In this document: piece after piece, positions 20,508 to 31,878 of the stretch
Position numbering within the stretch: position 1 is the first letter of the stretch
How the letters are laid out: each line of letters starts with the position of its first letter
Sequence record: MK250029.1
Reading direction: 5' to 3' (one strand)
Source of the DNA: Prevotella phage Lak-C1
DNA: 32,000 bases
The notes under the pieces: generated by a model
What the model was told of the DNA's origin: nothing
The model's input: only the letters and a program-made list of their open reading frames with translations
The model's database searches: none
Made by a program: the position numbers and the translations under genes

Positions 20508-22319
20508 ATGACAACAACAAAAGATAGTAATAAACTTACAATATATAAAGGTACTGATACAGATTATGCATTTATTCCTTTAGCATTTACACCGGATTCA
20601 TCTTATAACTTTACTAATGGTATTATTTAGAATGACGCATCAGTATATATGAAAAATATACCGCATGATTCTGATCTATATAATCTTATTAATACTAGTA
20701 TCATTGATGTTTCACCAATTAGAGAAAAGGATACTATAAATATAACACCAGGAAAATATAATATAAATGGATATTTAGATAATGATATGTTGACATATAT
20801 CATTAAACTATATTATATTGAAAATTTTAAATATACATTGGATGTGTCACAATATACTATAGAAAATGGTGAAAAGATAGATACATCAACGAGAGGAAAT
20901 ACTTATATGTTTACTATTACACCAAAACTAGAAGATGATTATATTGAAAATATTACTATTGGTTCTTCTCAAATACCTACAGAACCTGGTGGAGGAACTG
21001 GTTCCGGTGGATCTGGTTCCGGTGGAGGTGATACAAGCTCTGGAGAAACAGAAGATCCAAATAAAAAATATGATATTAAATTTAGTGTTGATGGAAATCA
21101 AACATTAACATTAACACGAATTGGGGCAACAAATAATTATAAATTAGGTGGAACTTTAGTTATTAAATATGAGTAGTCTGATAAATCTATTAAAAATGAT
21201 ATAGGAACAATTAGTACTAATAATCCTAATTATTCATTATTAATATTTTTAGGAAATAAAAGCAATACTGTTCAAATACAAAAAATTGACGGATATAATA
21301 AAACAACAGGTTTATGGGAAGGTGAAATTAATATAAATTTAGATAAAATAACACCACAATATATATTAACATCAGGTGAAACTGTTAGCTGTGAATTACA
21401 TATGAAAATATCAAAAGATGTACCAATTTTTTCAAAACATGGTTCACTATTAAATTCATATGTTGTATAGAATAATTAGGATATGGATAATTTAGGTTTA
21501 TATAAATTTAAAATAAATAATATTGATGTTCCAAATTTAAAAGCATATTTCTTATAGCCTATTATAAGATGTTATGGAACATGGCAACAAACAGTATTAA
21601 ATGTAATGAGCATAAATAATTATGTTAGTGGTATTTTTATTATTGTATCAGATAGAATATTACCAAATTCTACAATAGTTTCTAATAAAACTAATACAAT
21701 GATACCAGAGTTTTATCTTAGTAATTTTAAAGTTGGTTCAACATAGAATAACAGTATATTTACTTCTTCACTTAATAATAATAATACCGTTGTATTAGAT
21801 GGACCTCCTATATTTTTATATGATGAAAATGAGAAGCAAACTGAAATACAGTATTATAAATTAGATAGTAGTATATTTAATGAAAAATATTTTAAATATA
21901 ATTCAGGAAATAAATTTCCTGTTCCTGCTAGTACAGAACGTAAAAAAAATATTATTAACTTAAATAACTATAAATATCTTATGTATGAATATGTTAATGA
22001 TAGGTATAACCATTATTGTGGAGCACAATTGTCTAATGCAGATTTAAGTTTATATGCAGATAAAGGGAAAATATTTAATGTAGTATATGAAGTATGGTCG
22101 TATATCACAAGTAATTTATAGCCTTCTATAAATACACCAATAAAAAATCGAGATGGTGAATATATATTAAAAGCAATGAGACCAATAGATAAATTGGATC
22201 CAGATGGTACACCGTCAATTACGACGACATATAGAGAAACTGTAAAATAGTATAATTTATATAGTTTTAAATTATCAACAACAGATTTATCAACAGGTAT
22301 ATATGAATATGTATATTAA
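20508..22319 (+). CDS. Hypothetical protein, 603 aa, with Gly/Ser-rich hinge (code 15); possible virion/baseplate or fibre component
   Basis: MTTTKDSNKLTIYKGTDTDYAFIPLAFTPDSSYNFTNGII-Q-NDASVYMK...; in-frame TAGs 20628, 21174, 21468, 21477, 21555, 21744, 22119 and 22248; TAA 22317-22319. Linker EPGGGTGSGGSGSGGGDTSSGE. Confidence 0.85.
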
Positions 22320-22324
22320 ATATA

Positions 22325-22368
22325 AAAGAGAGATAGAACTTCACAATATTCTATCTCTCTTTATTTTT
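22325..22368. terminator. Bidirectional intrinsic terminator between convergent genes
   Basis: AAAGAGAGATAGAA (22325-22338) pairs with TTCTATCTCTCTTT (22349-22362), then TATTTTTAT. Confidence 0.85.
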
Positions 22369-24214
22369 ATGAAAATATCATATATTTGATTTTTATAGGA
22401 ATTTCATTAGGATTATATACCAATAAACTCTATAATAAATTTTTAGTTTTTAATTGTTTATCATCATCTTTCCCAATTATCATATATCCGTCACCGATTC
22501 TTAACCATAAATCATTAGATGACAAATATTCCATATACTTATATAATCCTATTACACATTCAACTGATGTATCATCATGTGAATCAACAAATTTTACATT
22601 TGTTTTATTAGGATTATTTTCCCATAAATCATTATCTTCTGAATTTCTATTTGCATCTATATACATATCAGGATCATGATATTTTATAGGCTCATCATCA
22701 AAAACTCTTTTTTCTTGTGTTGCAGGTAATCTATAAAATTCATCATTTATATTCCAATCTGTGTCATATGCAGGTATATATAAATTATCAAAACTATTTG
22801 TGAAACCGTCATTTGATGAAATATCATTTAATGGTAAATTATCATAATCTTCTATATAAGCACGTTTCTCTTCTGGTATAAGTGCATTTATCTATACAGT
22901 AGCTAATGCTTTTTCAAATAGTGTTGCTTTCTTTTTTGATATAATATTACCTTCATAGTAATTACTTAATCTTTCAATTGATACCGGAACACAGACTTCA
23001 AGCTAATCTGCAACATGATTTACCCATAATACATTTGAGTCATATTCTTCATCATTTGGCCAATTAGGAATTAATACAATACCACGCATTGCTCCATTAG
23101 GATATTTTACATTTCCTATACGTCTGTTTAAATCTTCATAACAATTAGATGGTCCAACCGAATTCATCATTTTAAATATAAAATCTTTAATAGCATCTAA
23201 TATTTTAACTATATCATATATATTATACAATGATAAAGGTTTTGTAAAATATTTCTAATAAATCTAAGGATATTTTTGTATTATAATATCATTGAATTTC
23301 TTTGAAAATATTAAAACACCATTCTATTCAAAACATGGTAAGAAAAATCTTTTGATAACATCTATTTCATAAACAAATGTATTAAAATCATCTGTTATAG
23401 TATCACTCAATTTTAAAAACTCTCTGTATATATCACAATTAATTTTATAATTATTAAGTTTAGAATTATCTGTTTTATCACCTACCAATCTAGGTTTATA
23501 TTTTTCCAATAAACTTATAATGAAATCTTTTGTAATAACAGGTTCAACAAATGGAGAATCTTCAAATTCACCAATATCTCCCTTATTATTTTCATCATTT
23601 CTTAATATAGGAATAATCTTAACATTCCTTACTATAAAATCATATCCTTCTTCTGTACTTTGAAAGTTTATATAGTCTATTTGTTTCCTAGAACTCTCTG
23701 TATCGTCATAACTTTTAATAGATATAGAAACAGGTACCTTCAACTTATTTAATTGATTCTGAACCAAATTTACAAATGCTCCGTATGTTTCTCTCACTGT
23801 CTCACTCTCTACATGAACATTACAAACCTTATTATTTTGTTTATATAAAATATCAAATCCTATATTACAATAACTTTCATAATCTTCTATAGATGAAATA
23901 ATATCGCTTATTAAGAAAAACTGTGATTTATATGTTTCTCCGTATTCATTACCTTGTAAAAGATATGCGGAATGTGGTTGAAGTATTTTAGTTTCTACTG
24001 TATACTAAGTTATACCGGCAGCATGTATAGTCGATAAATTAATAGATGCAAGAATATTTCCATTTGAATCTGTTATTTGTCCTTCTGAACCGGATATATC
24101 AAATGATGTATCTTTTTCATTTATTGTTGATGTACATGCATAACCAGAATTTGCTACATTATTATTTTTTGAATATAATTGATAAAATAAATTTTTATTC
24201 TTTGTTGTTGCCAT
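22367..24214 (-). CDS. Hypothetical phage protein, 615 aa (code 15)
   Basis: Track fragments 22430, 23003, 23324 and 24005 share one frame; in-frame TAGs (CTA on +) at 24005, 23324, 23264, 23255, 23003, 22892 and 22430; TAA at 22367-22369. ATG at 24214 (an in-frame GTG exists at 24232). MATTKNKNLFYQLYSKNNNVANSGYACTSTINEK.... Confidence 0.82.
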
Positions 24215-24222
24215 TTCTGGAA

Positions 24223-24252
24223 TATAATTCACTTTTTATATTTATTAAAAAA
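24223..24252 (-). promoter_or_regulatory. Recurrent AT-rich upstream element (putative promoter), minus strand copy
   Basis: Reverse complement reads TTTTTTAATAAATATAAAAAGTGAATTAT, ~34 nt before ATG 24214. Confidence 0.5.
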
Positions 24253-24285
24253 TGGAATCTATAACAATAATAGATTCCATTTTAT
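24245..24285 (-). terminator. Intrinsic terminator for the 24306..30227 gene
   Basis: AAAATGGAATCTA (24249-24261 on +) pairs with TAGATTCCATTTT (24271-24283); on the - strand followed by TTTTTT. Confidence 0.75.
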
Positions 24286-24305
24286 TAACTATGTAATTTT
24301 TATAA

Positions 24306-27300
24306 TTAAGCATTTCTGAAGAAACCATCGATTGTAGTATTCTTGAAATAGAAAGTAACTCTACCTTGTGTAGAGGCATTATTTCCATAATAATTATGAT
24401 TTGTCTAACCTGGTCGTAATGGATGTTGAACACCTTTTTTCTATACATTATTATGTTGTTGAGCATTAGCAGGCGTACCAGTATTAGTTGTAATAAGATC
24501 TAATAATTCTCTAATACCATCAAATCTATTGAGAATCGCATTCTCATCAAGTCTATCAAATGAATTCTTCATTCTATCAACTGCTACTGCAATATTATTA
24601 ATCTTATTAGCAAATTGCTATAATGCATTATTACGTGCTTTTTCTTTATTAATAATTTCATCATCTAATGATTTTAATGCTCTACGTGCGGCTTCAAGTT
24701 TAGTTGTATATATTTCAACTTTACTTGTAGTAACTTGTATCTATGCAGTAAATGTTTTTAATCTTGCCGTATATGTACGCATAGAACCAGAAGTAACATT
24801 CATATTTCTATTAATTTCTGGAGATGTTAATCTCTTTATATTATTAATAAACATATTTATATGAATTCCTAACTGTTTCTGGCGTTGCATTTCTCTTGAC
24901 AGATAAATCATTTTCTTTGCAATCTCTAAATAAAGATCCATAAATTGCGCAGTTCTCCTGAAATCAATACGATCAGAAGCTTTTGAAACACCTATCATCT
25001 GTCGTTGCATTTTTGTTAATACATTACCAAAATTAGTAACTGCTGTAATAGGTTTAACTTTAGTATTAAATGATAATTGATTTATTATTTTCCTATATAC
25101 ACCAACAACTTTATATACAGAAACTACAAATTTCTGTGCAATATCAGCAGATGGTTTTGAGGTTTCAAATATTTTACCACTTATACTAAAATATGTAGCT
25201 AACTATGTTAATACAGATGTAAACTTAGATGCAACTTCATTTCCTTGCGATAAAACTTTACCCTTATCATCTGTCATTGCTGTTATTATTCTCTTAAGAT
25301 TATCTACAGATGTTTTAATTGTTTTCATTACAGCATTGACTACTTTAGCGGTTGATTGAATTTTATTATATTTTTCCATATTTTCTTTTTTAGAAAGATT
25401 ATTAGAAATAATAGTAATAAAATCAACAAACGCATTTGCAATGTTTTGAGATATTGTTCTTATAAATTTAGGTTGTAAACATAAATAATCCTTTGACTAT
25501 GCAGTAGTTCCCTTTTTATTAGATGTTAATGATAAGAAAGGTTTTAATGTATTTGAAAACTCTTTTACTGCTTTCATAATAGGATTAATAGTATTCTTTA
25601 TAATATCTGCAATACTTTCCGCTTTCTCTATAAAACCTTCATTTGCAAAACTCTTTACAAGGTAATTTATAAATTCTACAAACATCCTACCTACTTCTCT
25701 TGCAGCGTTAGTAAATGCACCACGTTTTAATTTCTTCATTATCGGTATTAATTTACCATCTTTATCTTTAACATAATGATCTACATATACACCTGTTGCT
25801 AATTTAAGAATTGCATCAACATACTGACCAACTCCTTCCATAACAGGTCCAATAGAACCACCTATTGCATTTAATGCATCTTCCGTTTTATTTCCCCAGA
25901 ATGAACCATGTCGTTCAAATACTGTTACTAATTGATCTACAAAATAAGAAAATGTTGTAGCAACAGAAATTGCTGCCATTATAAAATCAATTGGTGTCAC
26001 TTTAGCAAGATGTGGTACAGTATAATTACCATCTTTATCTTTCATATAATAATCTGTATATGTACCCGTTGCTAATTTCATAATAGCATCAACAAATTTA
26101 CCTACACCTTCCATAATAGGCATAATAGAATCTTTCATTGCATCCATTGCCCATATCATATTAGGTTGTAATTGATTAAAAGATTTTCCTAACTAAACAA
26201 TGAAATCACCAAAACGTTCTGAAACAAATGTTGCAGATGTAGAAAATATAGAAGGATCTACCTATTCATATTCAGGTTTACCATTTTTATCGTAACCTGT
26301 TACTATTTGCATTGTAGAAACTTTAATTACTGCATCAACAAATTTTGAAACTGCATCCATAACAGGTTCCATAACCTATCCTATTGTAGCAATAGCAAAC
26401 ATTGCAGTTGAGCTCATCTTACTAAAACCATTACTTAAATGCTATAAGAATAGGTTAAACTATAATGAAACAGCAGATGCTGCTTTACTAAATTCAGTAG
26501 ATGATATTTTTTTAAATATGGGTTTCTTATTATTATCATAACCAATTATATATGTACCTGTTGCAACTTTCATTACGACATCTACAAATTTACCAACTGT
26601 ATCTATAATAGGATTTAATGCTAATGTTAATACAGATAAGACTACAATTTTCAAAGCATCTAAGCCTTTAAAACCATTACTTAATCCTGTTAAGAATTCT
26701 GTGAATCCTTTTGTAACAGCAGAAGCTGCATCTGCAAATACAGTTGCAGGTAAATGTTCATACATAGGTTTACCATTATCATCATAACCAGCAATATAAT
26801 TCATTGTTGCAATCTTCATAATAATATCAATGTAATCTGATATTGTTGTTAATATAGGACGTAATGCCATTGAAACTATTAATGCCATTGTCTTACCGTC
26901 AAAATCTCCAAATGCTTTAACAATTGCTTGCATTGAACCAAGAACACTATTTGATTTACCTAACATTATTTCTGAGAATGTTTGAATCATCTTTGAATCA
27001 CAAATTTCTGTTATATATTTCATCTACATAACAGTTAATGTCAATACACCAAATACTGCCATAATAATAGGAGCGAATGCGCCAGCTGCAATTGCCTATG
27101 CCATTTGTATAGGGTTCGGTGCAGCAGCTTTTATAACATCATACATTACGTCAAATAAAGTAACAGATGTTTTACCTATTTTCTTAAGTTGTTCTTCATT
27201 ATATGGTAACATTAATTCCAATGCTTTCATAAATAAAATCATTGTACCTGATACTAATGTCATTATACCTGCGATCGCAGTCATAACTACTGCACCAGCA

Positions 27301-30227
27301 GCAATAAAAGGAAGAAGTGGAGTCATTGTACCTAATGCTGTCATTATAACACCCATAACTGCTAATAATGCAACCATTGTTCCTGCACCTAAGAATACTG
27401 CACCGTCTTTATTAAAGTCATCTATCTTTTTACATTCATATGAGAATAATAACATTGTTCCTCCAATAATATCAAGTAATGCACCTATAGCTATCATTAA
27501 TGCTCCGCCTTCTGCAATCTTTTCAGAATATTTTTTAAGTTTACCGACATTATAAAGTATTAAACCCATTAAACCCATCATTATTGTCATAGTTAATGCA
27601 CCTAATACAACTGCACCACCATCATTTAATTGATAAAGTTTTCTGGATTCTATAGCAAATAATAAGCAAGCTGTGCCTGTTATTAACATAACAAGTCCGA
27701 TTTCCATCATTATTTTAGCACCCTATTTAATAGCAATCTTATGTTTTAAATTCATTTTACCAATTGCAAATAAAATTGCACCAAATATTGCAATAATTCC
27801 TAACACAACACCTGCACCATCCTATGCTTCAGGCCCCTTTTTACCTATAGGAATCAATATATCTTTAGTAATTAAAGAAATACCCAATAAAATAAATGCC
27901 ATAGCTGCAGTTGCTAATATAGCGTATCCTGCTTTTTTACCATCAACATTAGATAATATATATGTACCAAATATAAGAGTGATAATAATGAATAATGTTA
28001 TACCCATACCTATACCTGCTTCTTTACCATTCTAACCAATTGGTATTAATAAATCTTTAGTAATCAAAGCAATACCCATATAAATGACAGCTAATACAAC
28101 AGTTGCTGCTAATCCCCATAATGCACGTTTACCGTTTACTTTATTTAATAATTTAACACCAAATACTAATCCCGCAATTATTGTAAGCGTAATAATTGCG
28201 CCGACTATTACATCATCTGCTTGCTTACTCATAGGAATTAATAATGTTAATGATATAATTGAAACTAACGCGAAAATTAATGATATTTTTAATAAATTAG
28301 ATGTTCCTTGCTCTATATCTTTATTTGCTTTAGCTATATATTTAACTGCAAAAATACCTAATGCTATAACTAATGAAACAACAAGTCCACCTGCCATAAC
28401 ATCTCCTAAACTATTACCTATTGGTGCTAATAAAGTTGCAGATACCAAAGCAATTATAGCAAATACTCCTGCAATCTTTAACATTGCATTTGTTGATGCG
28501 TTAAGATTTTTAGAATCTATAGAAGATAATTTATTCACAAGATAAACTGAACCTGCAACAAATAATGTCAATATTCCTAATGATGCTATAATTGTTTTAA
28601 CACTATTATTCTTTACCGTTAATGCTAATAATAATAAAGACACAGACAATGACATTACCATTAAACCAATACCAGTTAATACACCTTGAGCATATTTTAA
28701 ACTTTTATCAAGTTTCTGATCTGATAAATCTTTTATTAAATTCTTAAATCCATTTACAGCAAATCTTAATATTAATAAACTGACTACTACTGTACCAATA
28801 CCAACTAATTTAGTTACTAATGATAATGCTATTAATATACCACCAATAGTTCCTATTGATATTGATAACATTCTTATAATATCACATGAATTTTTTACAT
28901 CTTTTTTACTTAAATCTGTTACTAAATCTGTTACTGTAGTTTTCATGAATTTAATTAAATAACGAACAACAAGTACAGATTCAACTATTGTTTTAAATGA
29001 TGTAACTTTTATAGTTAATGCAATGAATATAACACCTAATAATAATGATCGCATTGCATCATCCCATGCTTTAAAAAAAACAGATATAGCATTAACTTGT
29101 TTTACATCCCATTTTTGAGATAATATAGTATTAAAGAAATCAACCAATTTCTTTGCACGTTTTTCAGTTAATGAACTTACAGTAAATATAAAGTTTAATA
29201 TCTGTACTTTTTTAATATCAAATAACGCGTTTAATATTGCAAGCATACTATTGACTGTATTCTCTACTCGCTTACCGCTTGGTATTTCGTTAATAAATGT
29301 AGAAAAGAAATTTGCAAGTATTTTTGCTGTAAATCCATTTAATGTTTTAGCTAATTTAAAAACAGAGAATTTCTGATCTGGATCTGCAAGTTTTACAAGT
29401 GGATCTAATATACCGCCTAAATACTTTATACTTTCATCTACTTTTAAATCACCTTTAAGATATTTAGAAATTGACTTAATAAACTATCCTAATTGTCTAC
29501 CTAATAACCAGCCTCTAATTGGATTTAAACTGATTTTCATTTTAAATACATTAGAATCAACTAATTTAGATATACCACCCATTAAATCTCCTATAGGTTT
29601 AATAAGCTTTTCTATATCTTTCTATTTAGGATTTGCTTTACTGATAGAATTAATTAATGTGGTAATAAATTTACCCATTCGCTTTGCTGATTTTACGTCT
29701 AATTTGTTTATATTCTTCTATAGTGTAATCATATCTATAGCAACTAATGTAGACATTGTTTCAACAACAGCTTTTATAATACCAACACTTTTACCTACCT
29801 ATTTAGAATTCTATAATGTTAGTCCCTAAATAAAATCAACAATATTCTTTGCACCTTCTGCATTTATTTCAGTCATCTTATTAATAGCTTTCAAGAAACT
29901 ATCAATATTATCAAATGTATCATTATCGACTTTAAGACTTGATAAAACAGTATTTACATTTCCTATAGATGTGGCAACTTTATTTAATACGTCATTATCT
30001 ATTGATTCCATTGCAACTAGTCCTTTTGACAGTTTCTCTAACTATTCTCCGACTGTTGCTGCTGATTCATCTTTAGCTGTCTCAACAATACCCTATAACA
30101 AACTTACTATAGTACTATCAGCTTTCTATTCAAGAGTTTCTTTCTTTTTCTCTTCATGCTGATTTACCATAGTATCAAGAATGTTAAAAATACCATTAAG
30201 TGCTTCTTCAGAAGACATTTGTGCCAT
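24306..30227 (-). CDS. Tape-measure-like giant protein, 1973 aa, with many hydrophobic segments (code 15)
   Basis: Track fragments 24741, 25497, 26460, 27096, 27822, 28032 and 29826 all lie in one frame; gaps 25011-25496 and 29247-29825 were read by hand with no TAA/TGA. At least 15 in-frame TAGs (e.g. 30126, 30093, 30042, 29826, 29811, 29799, 29718, 29622, 29484, 28032, 27096, 26460, 25497, 25203, 24741). Start MAQMSSEEALNGIFNILDTMVNQHEEKKKETLE; end ...TIDGFFRNA-TAA. Long hydrophobic stretches and internal repeats fit a tape measure, but no motif proves it. Confidence 0.8.
25740..26870 (-). repeat. About five ~250-nt (80-90 aa) degenerate protein repeats inside the tape-measure-like gene
   Basis: PIMEGVGKFVDAIMKLATGTYTDYYMKDKDGNY; PVMEGVGQYVDAILKLATGVYVDHYVKDKDGKL; PVMDAVSKFVDAVIKVSTMQIVTGYDKNGKPEY; PIIDTVGKFVDVVMKVATGTYIIGYDNNKKPIF; TISDYIDIIMKIATMNYIAGYDDNGKPMY. 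Confidence 0.8.
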
Positions 30228-30249
30228 ATCGTTTTAAATCGTTTAATTT

Positions 30250-30615
30250 TTATTTAGATGTTGTTTTCTTTTTCTATACAACATATTGGTTATGTTTTAT
30301 CTATTTAACAGTATATATAATACCTGTTGTTTTATCATATAATGTTGAATATTCATATACATTATTATCATCACCATCTTTAATAGGTGTTTTTATCCAT
30401 TTATTATATCCAGGTAATTTATCTGCTTTTGTTAATGAATCTAATTGTAAAATATCTAATGTGTCATTTTTCATTGTTTTTACTGATTTAATAGAAACAG
30501 AATATGTAGAATCATTTGATTTATTGTTTCCTGTATTCTATTTTAAATCACAAGAATTAAATGAAAAAGTAAGGCTTAATAAAGAGCCTAATAAAATATA
30601 CTTCAAACTTTTCAT
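30250..30615 (-). CDS. Small putative lipoprotein, 121 aa (code 15)
   Basis: MKSLKYILLGSLLSLTFSFNSCDLK-Q-NTGNKSNDSTYSVSIKSVKT...GIIYTVK-Q-IKHNQYVV-Q-KKKTTSK; hydrophobic signal then Cys (lipobox-like); in-frame TAGs 30538, 30301 and 30274; TAA 30250-30252. Missing from the ORF track. Confidence 0.7.
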
Positions 30616-30723
30616 AATTATTTAAATATTATTAGTTAAAATATTTAATATATTTATTAGTTATAAATAGACAATATCAATGTTTATAACTATAATAAAT
30701 TAAGTAAAATTATATATTCATAT

Positions 30724-31230
30724 ATGGGAAGAAAAAAGAAAGACAATAATGAAGATGTTGAAAAAATAAAAACACCTAAAGCTATTGGTCCATATGATAT
30801 TATTTCTATGATGTGTACTAATTTTGAAGGATTCAATAAATTATCTGATACGATATTAGATAAAAATTTCTTTTTAATTAATAGAGTATTTAGTATTAAA
30901 TATCCTTTACAAGGTGCATTATTTAATAAGAATACAATTAATACAGCAGGTGTAATTAAATCATGGGCAATGTTTATATCAAGTAAAGAAGGATATGGAC
31001 GTGTGCCTTATTTTGTTTATACAAAAGGTGCAAAAAAATCTGCTAGCACATCATCAAAGACTGATAAAATAGATAAAGAATTAATTAAGGAATATTGTAA
31101 ACGTTATAAAATTAATCTCAAAGATTTTGAGACATTAAAATCTTTATATTATGATGAACTTATAGCAGATGTTAAACGATATGAAAAATTAATTTCAATT
31201 AAAGAGCAAGAAAAAAATATTTCAAAATAA
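30724..31230 (+). CDS. Hypothetical protein, 168 aa; weak resemblance to T4-type small clamp-loader subunit (gp62-like)
   Basis: MGRKKKDNNEDVEKIKTPKAIGPYDIISMMC...KNFFLINRVFSIKYP...; ORF is TAG-free. The 'INRxxSxxY' segment and C-terminal 'ELIKEYCKRYKINLKDFETLKSLYYDEL' resemble gp62-like proteins by memory only. Confidence 0.75.
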   Translation: MGRKKKDNNEDVEKIKTPKAIGPYDIISMMCTNFEGFNKLSDTILDKNFFLINRVFSIKYPLQGALFNKNTINTAGVIKSWAMFISSKEGYGRVPYFVYTKGAKKSASTSSKTDKIDKELIKEYCKRYKINLKDFETLKSLYYDELIADVKRYEKLISIKEQEKNISK

Positions 31231-31246
31231 ATCATAATAAACAAAA

Positions 31247-31876
31247 ATGATGAAGATATACCCAGAAAAATTAGTGAAGTCAATACAAACAATAATTGAC
31301 TCAGGTAAAGTAGAAATTTCTACATTCAATTCATATGATGAATTTATTCCAGAAATTAATTCATGTGAAATTCATATAAAGTTTACAAAGAATTCAAAAG
31401 GTGATCGTGAACCTATTATTATGGTTAATAATAGTGATATTACATCTCAATTCATCAATAGTTGGCGAACATCTGCTCCAGGTAAATTTATGTGTAAAGA
31501 TTATCGTAAAGATAAAAAAGATTTTATTGGTAATACTTTATATCATGTAGTTAAATTTACATTAGATGGTGTTAAGATGCAAATGATGGTAAGGCTTCTT
31601 ACTGAAATTACAGAAGATTGTACAGAATCTGATAGAAAAGAACTTATTAATGAATATGGTGATTTATCTATCAGTGGTAAGATCTTTTCTATTATTAAGA
31701 TAATGCCTGATGATGGTAGAAATGGATGGAATTGTTGGGATCGTTATAAATCACGTGATAATAATTACATTATTAATCTATATGAAACAAATTCAGCTTA
31801 TATTGATGAAGCAAACGATGACAATGACAATAATGAATGTGATGAAGATTCAAATGAATCTGAACCATTGTTTTAA
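31247..31876 (+). CDS. Hypothetical protein, 209 aa, Asp/Asn/Glu-rich acidic C-terminus
   Basis: MMKIYPEKLVKSIQTIIDSGKVEISTFNSYDEF...ANDDNDNNECDEDSNESEPLF-TAA; TAG-free. Confidence 0.8.
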   Translation: MMKIYPEKLVKSIQTIIDSGKVEISTFNSYDEFIPEINSCEIHIKFTKNSKGDREPIIMVNNSDITSQFINSWRTSAPGKFMCKDYRKDKKDFIGNTLYHVVKFTLDGVKMQMMVRLLTEITEDCTESDRKELINEYGDLSISGKIFSIIKIMPDDGRNGWNCWDRYKSRDNNYIINLYETNSAYIDEANDDNDNNECDEDSNESEPLF

Positions 31877-31878
31877 TA

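Noticed and set aside
24245-24466. Minus-strand ORF MLNNIIMYRKKVFNIHYDQVRQIIIIMEIMPLHK...
   Set aside because: Overlaps the C-terminal coding region of 24306..30227 in another frame and runs through its terminator; the main frame ends cleanly at TAA 24306.
28084-28545. Long plus-strand ORF (153 aa, Asn/Thr/Pro/Ala-rich), plus 27673..28035 and 29971..30162
   Set aside because: Antisense shadow of the 24306..30227 minus-strand gene; composition is the reverse complement of hydrophobic repeats and there is no independent support.
30200-30625. Plus-strand 141-aa ORF MLLQKTFVPYRFKSF...
   Set aside because: Starts inside the tape-measure-like gene on the opposite strand and overlaps the complete minus-strand lipoprotein frame, which has a convincing signal peptide.
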